Made by a program: the position numbers and the translations under genes. The notes under the pieces are model-generated. The model was not told the DNA's origin. It searched no databases and was given only the letters and a program-made list of their open reading frames with translations. This document shows positions 27,535 to 36,900 of a stretch of 64,000 nucleotides of DNA, one piece after another. Source of the DNA: a virus. Location of the stretch: IMG/VR virus record IMGVR_UViG_3300028394_002011; one strand, written 5' to 3'. Position 1 is the stretch's first letter. The number at the start of each line of letters is the position of its first letter.

Positions 27535-28020
27535 ATGGCAAAATTTTATTCAACAAAAACTTACGGAAACGATCGAGGCTTATCATGCTGTTTTAGACAA
27601 TGGCGTGCCACACATAGCCATTGTTCAACGCTACACGGTTACTCTATTGGCATCAAATTAATTTTTGAATGTGATACACTAGATGACAAAAATTGGTGCA
27701 TGGACTTTGGTGGTCTTAAAGAATTCAAAGCATGGGCAGACTATATGTTTGATCATACCCTAGTAATTGCAGAAGACGATCCTCATTTAGAAACATTCCA
27801 AAAACTAAACACTATCGGTGGTGGATTTGAAGACAGCGGACTATGCGACTTACGGATTGTACCCGGAGTAGGTTGTGAAATGTTTGCCAAAATGGCATAC
27901 GATAAAATGGCCGAGCTATTAGCATCTGGCGACATGCGTTATCCAATTAACCCAACAGTAAGAGTTAAATCAGTTGAAGTATTTGAACACGGTGCTAATT
28001 CAGCTACGTACGAAGGTTAA
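27535..28020 (+). CDS. queD: 6-carboxy-5,6,7,8-tetrahydropterin synthase (QueD/PTPS family)
   Basis: HSHCSTLHGY (CxxxHGH-like), DFGGLK, FDHT, VEVFEH. Confidence 0.88.
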   Translation: MAKFYSTKTYGNDRGLSCCFRQWRATHSHCSTLHGYSIGIKLIFECDTLDDKNWCMDFGGLKEFKAWADYMFDHTLVIAEDDPHLETFQKLNTIGGGFEDSGLCDLRIVPGVGCEMFAKMAYDKMAELLASGDMRYPINPTVRVKSVEVFEHGANSATYEG

Positions 28021-28174
28021 CCATTACTGGCGTATTTGGGCAAAAGCCTTAGGTGAAAAATCAGGTAATTCGGACGAGGAATCGGACCGAATTGCTTGTA
28101 TTAGAACGCTAATTGTGTTAATATACATTATCACAAACTTTTTTATAATCGCAGGCGTCATAAGGCATTGGTAA
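27974..28174 (+). CDS. Small membrane protein; true start uncertain
   Basis: WRIWAKALGEK...RTLIVLIYIITNFFIIAGVIRHW; TAATG overlap with uvsE. Confidence 0.6.
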   Translation: MKYLNTVLIQLRTKVNHYWRIWAKALGEKSGNSDEESDRIACIRTLIVLIYIITNFFIIAGVIRHW

Positions 28175-29202
28175 TGGGAAAAATAGGCTTCGCATGTAAA
28201 TGGATCGATCATGCAGATCAAGTAAACGGCATCAAGAAAGATGACGATGCTAAACAATACAACACCGGTACAACTACCATAAGTTGGTTAAATAGACAGA
28301 GCAAAGAAGTTGCAGAGCAAAAACTCTGGGACTTAATGGTTCAAAATTTATCAGCTACACAAAAACTTGTAGACCGTGTAGGAGAGCTTAATGAAAATCT
28401 TAGGATGGTTCGCCTTAGTAGCGACATTCTTCCTGCTTATACCGAGCCTAGTTGGAGTTATTTTTGGCGTAAGCCTGACGTTGTCAGCTATCTCGAGCGC
28501 AATTTTAGCCTTATTGGTAATAGTGCTCGTGCAAGCGGTACCCGTCTTTCTATGCATCCTGGCCAGTTTGTTGTTCTTGCTAGTATTAATCCGGGTATTG
28601 TTCAACGAAGTATAGAAGAATTTGAATATCATGCAGACATGGCACGATATATGGGTTATGGTAAATCCTTTCAGGATTTTAAAATTAACGTACATATCAG
28701 CGGTAAATTAGGGCCCGATGGCATTCGAGATGCGCACAAGAGATTAAGTGACGAAGCACGTAACTGTATTACAATTGAAAACGAAGAAAACTCGTGGGGG
28801 TTAAATGACTGTTTAGCTATTAGCGATATCGTTCCTATTGTGCTCGATATACATCACCATTGGATCCGTGAAGGGGAATATATCCTTCCGGACGATCATC
28901 GCGTTAAGCGTGTTGTGGATAGTTGGCGTGGTATGCGCCCTACTTGTCATTACTCAGTTAGTCGTGAAGATTATCTTGTGGAGCATGACAAACTTGTCGC
29001 ACCTGTTCATACCCAGCTCCTTTTAGATGGGTATAAGAAACAAAAACTGAGAGCACACAGTGACTTTTATTGGAATCAAAAAACAAACGAATGGGCAATA
29101 ACTTTTCTAAACCAGTTCGACATAATGTGCGAGAGCAAGGGAAAAAATCTCGCCAGCATGGAACTGTACAATCAAGCCAAAAGCTATCTCGAGAGCAATT
29201 AA
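28174..29202 (+). CDS. uvsE: UV-damage endonuclease
   Basis: KIGFAC, MVRLSSD, RLSMHPGQF, IENEE, LDIHHH, HSD, DIMCESK.KNLA. Confidence 0.93.
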   Translation: MGKIGFACKWIDHADQVNGIKKDDDAKQYNTGTTTISWLNRQSKEVAEQKLWDLMVQNLSATQKLVDRVGELNENLRMVRLSSDILPAYTEPSWSYFWRKPDVVSYLERNFSLIGNSARASGTRLSMHPGQFVVLASINPGIVQRSIEEFEYHADMARYMGYGKSFQDFKINVHISGKLGPDGIRDAHKRLSDEARNCITIENEENSWGLNDCLAISDIVPIVLDIHHHWIREGEYILPDDHRVKRVVDSWRGMRPTCHYSVSREDYLVEHDKLVAPVHTQLLLDGYKKQKLRAHSDFYWNQKTNEWAITFLNQFDIMCESKGKNLASMELYNQAKSYLESN

Positions 29203-29321
29203 TTTTTCGTATAGAAACTCTCAGAGAAGAGCTGGAGGAAAATCCCAACTTGAACGATCAGCGTCGAGCTAGAATTCAAGAGGATATGGCTAATTACTCT
29301 CAGCAATTAAACAAGTTTTAA
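29070..29321 (+). CDS. Coiled-coil ORF overlapping the uvsE 3' end in the -1 frame; possible frameshift extension
   Basis: Protein-like tail LSREQLIFRIETLREELEENP...; no strong start; the terminator follows this stop. Confidence 0.45.
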   Translation: MESKNKRMGNNFSKPVRHNVREQGKKSRQHGTVQSSQKLSREQLIFRIETLREELEENPNLNDQRRARIQEDMANYSQQLNKF

Positions 29322-29346
29322 TATAAGGGCATTTTGCCCTTATATT
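29320..29346. terminator. Bidirectional intrinsic terminator between convergent genes
   Basis: AATATAAGGGC-ATTTT-GCCCTTATATT. Confidence 0.8.
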
Positions 29347-29575
29347 ATTTTGCTACTTTAGGTGCTTTTGGAGCACGTGGCTTTTTAGCCGCTGGTGCTT
29401 TTTTAGCCGCTGGTTTTTTCTTAGCCGGAGCAACTGACTCAACCATAGCTTCTGAAGCTTGAACAGCAACCGGTGTTGGTTCTGCTACAGGTGCAACTTC
29501 AACTTTATAAGGAGCTTCTGGTTGAACTTCTGCCTTTGGTTTAATACCAAATAATTTTTTAATGTGATGTAACAT
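29345..29575 (-). CDS. Small Lys/Ala/Pro-rich histone-like protein (start reassigned to 29575)
   Basis: C-terminal PAKKKPAAKKAPAAKKPRAPKAPKVAK; SD AAGGA. Confidence 0.7.
   Translation of the reverse strand: MLHHIKKLFGIKPKAEVQPEAPYKVEVAPVAEPTPVAVQASEAMVESVAPAKKKPAAKKAPAAKKPRAPKAPKVAK
29382..29414. repeat. Two copies of a 15-bp sequence at an 18-bp period, encoding the PAAKK repeats
   Basis: TTTTTAGCCGCTGGT at 29382 and 29400. Confidence 0.8.
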
Positions 29576-29699
29576 ATCTTTTTCCTTTAAGGTGTCAAGC
29601 GCCAATTCGCCGTTGAGCTACACTAGCTGTGCCAAGAAGAAATAGGGAAAATTCTTGACTTGCGGATCCTTGGATACCCTATTGATCACTTGACTGAGT

Positions 29700-29715
29700 T
29701 ATTTAACAATAAATA
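29700..29715. promoter_or_regulatory. Back-to-back TAAATA late promoter cores
   Basis: Minus strand 29700-29705, plus strand 29710-29715 (5 nt before the sod ATG). Confidence 0.55.
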
Positions 29716-29720
29716 CAATC

Positions 29721-30281
29721 ATGTATAATTTTATCAAGTATGTAAGCCTAAATGAAGGTAAAACTCCCACTACCTTAGAACAAGCACGATTGCCCTACGC
29801 CGCTGGTGCATTGGGTCGAAGTTTGAGCAAAAAAACTATAGATTATCATTATGGCCAGCTTTATAAAGGCTATGTGGATCGATACAATAAGGGCGAAGGC
29901 GACCCGGATTTCAATGAGGCTGGTGCGTTTTTACACGACATATATTTTAGACAATTTCAATCTCCCACCAACTCTAACAAACCCGAGCACATTGCTGAAA
30001 ACTTTATCAACAAGCACTTCAAAAGTTTTGATAGATTCAAGGATGAGTTTACAAAAACAGCAATGAAAATACAGGGCAGTGGCTGGGCTTACTTGGCTAG
30101 AGATGGCAGTATTAAAACCATTAAGAATCACGAAATTAAAATGGATATTATACTGTTGATCGACTGGTGGGAACATGCGTGGGCCCTTGATTATCAAGCT
30201 GACAAAAAGGGTTATCTTAATAACCAGTGGAAAATTATCAACTGGAATCTAATAAGTTCTAGAATTGGTCGAGTGTCTTAA
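29721..30281 (+). CDS. sod: Fe/Mn superoxide dismutase (short form)
   Basis: All four metal ligands: YHYG (H), FLHD (H), DWWEHAW (D, H); GSGWAYL. Confidence 0.92.
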   Translation: MYNFIKYVSLNEGKTPTTLEQARLPYAAGALGRSLSKKTIDYHYGQLYKGYVDRYNKGEGDPDFNEAGAFLHDIYFRQFQSPTNSNKPEHIAENFINKHFKSFDRFKDEFTKTAMKIQGSGWAYLARDGSIKTIKNHEIKMDIILLIDWWEHAWALDYQADKKGYLNNQWKIINWNLISSRIGRVS

Positions 30282-30546
30282 GACTGCTTACGGGCATGTC
30301 CCACACCTTACGTGCTTCTACGCCCTTTATCTGTGCAAATTTTTTAGGGTCACAGTCTCCGCACACATGATAAAAATTGTTGTTTAATCGCTTGGGATCC
30401 ATTGATCCTTTTTCTCGATTAAACACGCCTTGACAACAATCACATTTAAACACAACCACTGTTACTTTACGGCTGTAAGAATGTGTCTTACCCTTCTTAC
30501 TGGTGCGTATGTGCTGGTTTATTCTAAATTCAGTTCCAATATACAT
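30259..30546 (-). CDS. Small Cys-rich (zinc-finger-like) protein
   Basis: CDCC...CGDC; TAAATA 5 nt before the ATG on the minus strand. Confidence 0.7.
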   Translation of the reverse strand: MYIGTEFRINQHIRTSKKGKTHSYSRKVTVVVFKCDCCQGVFNREKGSMDPKRLNNNFYHVCGDCDPKKFAQIKGVEARKVWDMPVSSLKTLDQF

Positions 30547-30573
30547 AACTGTATTTACATTAAGGTTATAAAA

Positions 30574-30599
30574 TCCTTTGATAAATATTCAATCAAGGA
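30574..30599 (+). promoter_or_regulatory. Late promoter core TAAATA inside an RBS-occluding hairpin (iscA)
   Basis: TCC-T-TTGAT pairs with ATCAAGGA (SD); TAAATA at 30582-30587. Confidence 0.55.
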
Positions 30600-30604
30600 C
30601 AAAT

Positions 30605-30928
30605 ATGATTACTATTTCCGAATCGGCAAAAACAAAAATCAAGGACTTACTACTTGAAGAAAACAATCCCAAATTAGCATTACGTACATTTGTGCAAGGT
30701 GGCGGCTGTAGCGGTTTCAGCTATGGATTTACATTTGATGAAGAAGCCAATGAGGACGATTTTGAAGTTCCTTTAGACGAATTTCGAGTACTTGTAGATA
30801 GTATGAGTATGCAGTATTTAAGTGGCGCAGTAATAGATTATAAAGAAGACTTGCAAGGTAGTTCATTCAGCATAAAAAATCCCAACGCAACAACTACTTG
30901 CGGCTGTGGATCAAGTTTCGGAGTTTAA
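30605..30928 (+). CDS. iscA: Fe-S cluster carrier, IscA/ErpA (HesB) family (start reassigned to 30605)
   Basis: [38 protein letters not shown]. Confidence 0.93.
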   Translation: MITISESAKTKIKDLLLEENNPKLALRTFVQGGGCSGFSYGFTFDEEANEDDFEVPLDEFRVLVDSMSMQYLSGAVIDYKEDLQGSSFSIKNPNATTTCGCGSSFGV

Positions 30929-30934
30929 AGACAA

Positions 30935-33900
30935 ATGACACAACAACTAATTGACATTGGCGTACAAGGTAATGACGGTACCGGTGATAGTATCCGCGAA
31001 TCGTTCCGTAAAGTTAACGAGAACTTTAACGAAATTTATTCTGTCTTTGGACTTGGCGGAACTATTAGATTTACCGATCTAGGAGATACTCCTAACAGTT
31101 ATTCAGCTAATCAAGTAATCATGTCTGATACAACTGGCACAACATTAACTGCCAGAGATTTAGTAGCTGGGGCTGGTATTGCAATTGATAAAACTAACAA
31201 CGCTAGTTTAACTATTAGATCAACTACGGCGGGATTGATTGGCGATAGCGCACCTAGTTTAGGACTGAACTTAAACGCAAATAATTTTACCATTGCTCGA
31301 TTAGCAAATCCTAGCCAAACCCTAGTTGATGCATTTAATGCGTCCTATGCAAGTTTAGGTGTGTCAACTACTCTTTCGCAATTGGCTATTAATAAAGGTT
31401 ATGCAGATAGTCATTATGTTGCTGTTTCAAATGGATATATTACCGATGCTTTGAGAGCAAGAAATGAACCAGCTATTCCTCAAATTAATGATCCAGATTA
31501 CGATAAAACTTTAACTAGTAATTATGTATCTACTGAAGTAATGCAACGTAAAGATACAGTGTATCGCGGTGGCGATAAGATGACAGGAGCGTTGACACTT
31601 AGCGATCACCCAGCTCCATTAGAAGGGTTTGGTACACCTAACGGCGCCAACGATTTACAAGCTGCCACCAAATATTATGTGGATAACAATAGTTATTCTA
31701 GCAATATCAATTTGTTTGTATCAACAACTAGTGGTGACGATAATCAAACAAAAAGCCCAGCGGGTAAAGAAGGACGTTTTTGGCAATATGCTTATAAAAC
31801 AGTTGGCCAAGCCGCATTGGCCGCTGAGAGTTTAATTAATTTAGCAAGCCTTGAGCCGGGCCCGTATAGACAAAAAGTTGCTTATACAGTTGGCGTTAAT
31901 CAAACGTTCAGTACTATTCAAAGTGTGACTCTGACTGGCGGTAATGCTGGAGTTAGTGGTTACGAACACGCAAGTGAACTGTTGCGTCTTAACAAAAGTT
32001 TTATTCAAAGCGAAACAATTGCGTATCTTAATAAAAAATATGTAAATTATATTCCAATTGATTCAGCACGTTACAACTCAATCATAAGCAATATTGTAGA
32101 TGGTATTGGTTACGATTTGGTATTAAACACAAATTACAATTCAGTAACGCAGGCTTCTAAATTGTTCAATCCCATTTACATAGACCTAGTTACAGAACAA
32201 TTAACTCAGCTGTTGGATGGTATTGACTATGCCAAAAACATAATTTTAGCCTACAGTTACAGCACTGTCAATGCACAAAATTACATTGGCGCCGTCATTG
32301 ACGCTATATGTTACGATCTAGTTTTTCAAGGGTCTTTCCAAAGCATACAAATTGCATTGGCGTTTGGTCAATACAATACCGGATTAGACCTTGACGAAAT
32401 CAAAGCTACATTATCAAATTTACAAACTACTCTAGTAGCGATACCATCGGTAGCGTTGAGTACAAACGCTGTGTCATCCATCACTAATAATATCAACTTG
32501 ATTAATAATTTGTTGACTACAGGCGACATACCAGCAGTATCATTTCCAAGCATACAAGGAACTGCATCTGGATTAGTTAGTGCAAGAGATCTGTTGTTGG
32601 CTAACATACCGTTTATTCAAGCTGAAATCACTGCTTACTTAAAAGCAAACTTTCCAACAGTCGCATACAGCAAAACACGCAGTGAACGCGATATAAACTA
32701 CATAGTTTGGAGTGTAGTATACGATTTGATGTATGGTGGGAATCAGCAAAGTGTATACACTGGTTTGCAATACTGGCAGGGCGGAGTTTATCAATTATTA
32801 AGTTCAGAAAAAGAATCATGGGTTGCGGCTATTAATTATATAAACAATTTAGCACAAGCCATTATTATCAACGCTCAGCCTTCAACTGTCTATCAAACTA
32901 GTTTTAGACAATACACAAATGAAACGGTGTTAGGCGGCTCAGCCGCTTCAGGCAGTATTTCAACAAACATAGCTTCTATTGCTAGCATTGTCAATGCAAA
33001 TAGTTTACCAACTCCTACAGTTGTGCTTCCCACAATCAGTGCGGTATCGTCTGTATTGCTAACAGCAAGAACTGATATTGTATCTCAGAAAACAGCATTA
33101 AAAACAGCGGCCACTACATACATTAATTCTAATACAAGTTTTTCTGTTATTAATAACGATGTTATAAATGGTATCATTACTGCTAATTTTGACACAATAA
33201 AAAATATATTGACACTGGGCCTTGGTTCTCGATCTGTCCCTACATATGTTAGTCCATCTGGATTAGCTTCAGGTTATACGTATGCCAGACAAGCACTATT
33301 AGCTAACAGCAATTTCTTAGTAGAAGAGACTTACGCTTGGCAACTGGTACAAACTCCTAGTTTTGTCCCATCAGAAGGAGTTGCATCTTTTAAGCGTAGG
33401 CTTAATTATTTTATAGAAGCAGTTGCATATGACATTACTTATGGCGGTAATTCAGGTAGTTTGCCAACTGGTTACGAATATTGGATTAACGGAGTATCGA
33501 CATTATCAAGCACTGAACGTAGCATCTATGCACAAGCTATTGGTCGTTTACAGAATATAGCATCGTTAGTATCGTCTAATTCTGTAGTAACTCCAACATT
33601 CCAAGGTGTTGTTAGTCAAACATTTAATATTATATGGGTTGGAGGTAACGCGGGCCAATCAATCATAAATGAAAGATTTTCAAACATTTCAACTATTATT
33701 CAAAATAATACGTCATTGGTTTATGTGTATCCATCTTTGGATGGATTTGATAGCGTATACAAAGCCGCAAGAACAACTATTACTGGTAATAAAACATCAA
33801 TATCTGCTAGTGTAATTAATTATTTAACTGCAAAATACAAAGGCGGATTTAACTATAATGAAGTAACTTGTTACAGAGATATTGGTTATATTATTGAAGG

Positions 33901-36900
33901 TATGCGTATTGATTTACTAACAGGTGGTAATTATCAAACTGTTACTGCTGGTAAAAGTTACTACAAAAGTGCCAGTGCTAGACTAGCTATTACAACACAA
34001 TTGACAGAAACTGTTGATGGTTTAACTTTTGCTAAGAACTTGGCATTACAAGTATTGAATCAAACTTCCGCCACTCGCTTTCAAACATTAGTTGCTCAAG
34101 TATTCAACGTGTCATTGACTGCATCTGCTCCGGCAAAAACTACATTTACTAATAATATGAATACTATCCTTAGTATTATTACTAACGGATATGGGTCAGC
34201 TCCTGCGGCATCGTTTGGTACTGGCATCTACACTGTTGTCTTTGGCAATGGCGGCAACGGCTATGTAGATCAAGGATCCCCAGGTAGTGTACATATTATT
34301 CCTGCTAAGATATTGTTAGGCAGTACATCAGGTGCGGCTGGTACTATTGTGAAATATTTGCCAGGTAGCGGCGCAAGTACAGATTCTATTCAAGTTAGAT
34401 TAACTAAACCTGCTTTCTTCCAAACATCTGAGCAAATGGAATTTGGAGAAACTGTCAAAGATCTCAATATTACTATTTTTGTTGAAAGTGGGGTCTATTA
34501 TGAAGACTATCCAATTCGATTGCCAGCTAACTGTAGTATTAAAGGTGATGAATTCCGTCGAACAATTATTCGTCCATTGGATAGAATTTCGCAATCCCCT
34601 TGGAGAAAGATTTTCTTTTATCGAGATGCTGTTATTGACGGATTACAAATTGGATTGACCAATACATCGGTTGATTATGCAACTGCCTCTAGCATTACAT
34701 TAGGCAGTACCACAGATAAAATTATTATCACGTTGGGTTCTGGGCAAGCTCAGGCCAATTGGATTGGAAAAATTGTTCAAGATAATAATGTTCCTCCCGG
34801 TAAAGCTGTAGTTGAATCCGTAGCAGGAAATACCATGAACTGCTCAGTTATCTATCCGTTCGCTGTAAAAACAACTTATGCTTCAGGCAATTGGCATTTG
34901 TATGGAACATATAATTACGGCAGACATTATTTGACCAATCCATTAGACATAACAAGCACTTCTAAAAATAATCGTGATATTGATGTGTTATTATGCGGCG
35001 ATGCAACTCGTGTTAGCAACTTGACATTCCAAGGTCATGGTGGATTTGCTATGGTACTGGATCCAGAAGGTCAAATTAAAACCAAGTCGCCTTATGGTCA
35101 AGTTTGTTCAAGTTTTAGCCAATCGGTAAATCGACAAGCATTCAGGGGCGGACAATTTGTTGACGGTTTTGCTGGTAGATTGTTTGGCACCATTACCAAT
35201 GTGGCCGATGCAGGTATCACTGTAACTGTAACTGGTTCTGTAAATAGTGGATTAGATATTCGTCCACCGCAAGCACCTTGTGTGTTTTATGTACAAGGTA
35301 ATCGTTTCCAAGTTAACGATGTTGTTAGTTTTGATCCAGCCACATACACAGTTGTATTAACATTGGATGTATCAACACCATTCAACACCGTCAACATTTA
35401 TAACACTGCTAATTTTTCAACTGCTGTAGGCTTGCGAATTGACGATTTAACTAATGACTTAGTACTGGGATCTAATTTCCAAAGTATCAAAACAGGATTA
35501 TATTATCTTCAAACTGCAAACGTTGTGGTGGGAATTAAACAGACATATCTGCTGGCCGGATTGAACAAAACTCGAGACTTGATGAATTCGGCTATTTCAA
35601 ATGGCACTTCTCGTGGTATCATAACCAGTCAGATGACCACTATCACTGACATGATATCTTCTGGCTTGGCAGCATTACCTGCGGCAACATTCCCAGAGCC
35701 CCTTGGTGTGGCTACTAACGTATCAGGTGCAGTAAACATATTAAAAGCCAACAAACAATTTATTCGAGACGAGCTAGTTGCATGGGTTGCAACTAATTTT
35801 GCCACTAGAGGATACTTGGGATATAGTGCATTTGATTTGAGTCAGCGCATGGGGTATTTGATCGATGCAATGACTTATGATTTGTTATACGGCGGCAACA
35901 GTGCAACTAGAGATATTGCACAATTTTATTACAGCAACAGTGTTAGTCAAATTGCAGGTTTGGAATATTTGTATTCGTCTGCAATTTCTAAACTAATATC
36001 TTTGGTAAAATCAGTGGCAGTAAATACTACTGTTACACCAACTGTAGGAAACATATCTCCTCAAGTTACTAATTTGCCTGCGGCCACTTCAGCGCAAGGA
36101 ACTATATTGGCCAACTTGGCTAGTTTGGCCATCGATTATATATTGGATGGTAATTTTAATAATTCCATAATTGGTACTATTACATCAGGATCTGCTAACA
36201 TAACCAATGTGTCATATAATCCTGCGCTAATAAATGGAGCAACAATTGCCAGCGCAGTCAATGCTGGTGTACCTGCAGGAACAACTATTGTATCATATGA
36301 TCCAGTAACTAATATTGTTGTTATGAGTGCAACTGCCACGGTAACTAGCACTAACTTAAAATTAACAGTGGGCGGTACTGTACCAAGTAGAATAGCACCT
36401 ACCACAGCTGGACAAAATAGCCAGCGCATAATCGATGCAGGCGCTATTGTGTCTGCAAAAACTTCTATACAAAATGGAGTCATCAGTTACCTAGATTCAG
36501 GTGGCGGCACTGGTATTAACGTTGAGATGGGCGGTAATCGATCAATGCTGGCCAATGACTTTGCTATGATTAACGATTTAGGTTATGCAATTGTGGCCAC
36601 CAACGGCGGTGTAACTGAACAAGTTTCAACATTTACATATTATTGTCATACTCACTATTGGGCCAACAACGGCGGACAAATTCGTTCTGTAGCAGGCTCC
36701 AATGCACATGGCAATTACGGTTTGAGATCTAGTGGCTACGATGTGACTGAATTGCCCGATTCTGTAAAATTGGCCAACGACATGGTCCAGACTGCACAGG
36801 TATACAAGCAGGGATTAGTTTCAACACAGATGGCTCCAACTGCCACTGCTCAGGCATTAGGAATTTGGATTATTGGTTATACATATACTCCTCCAAACAA

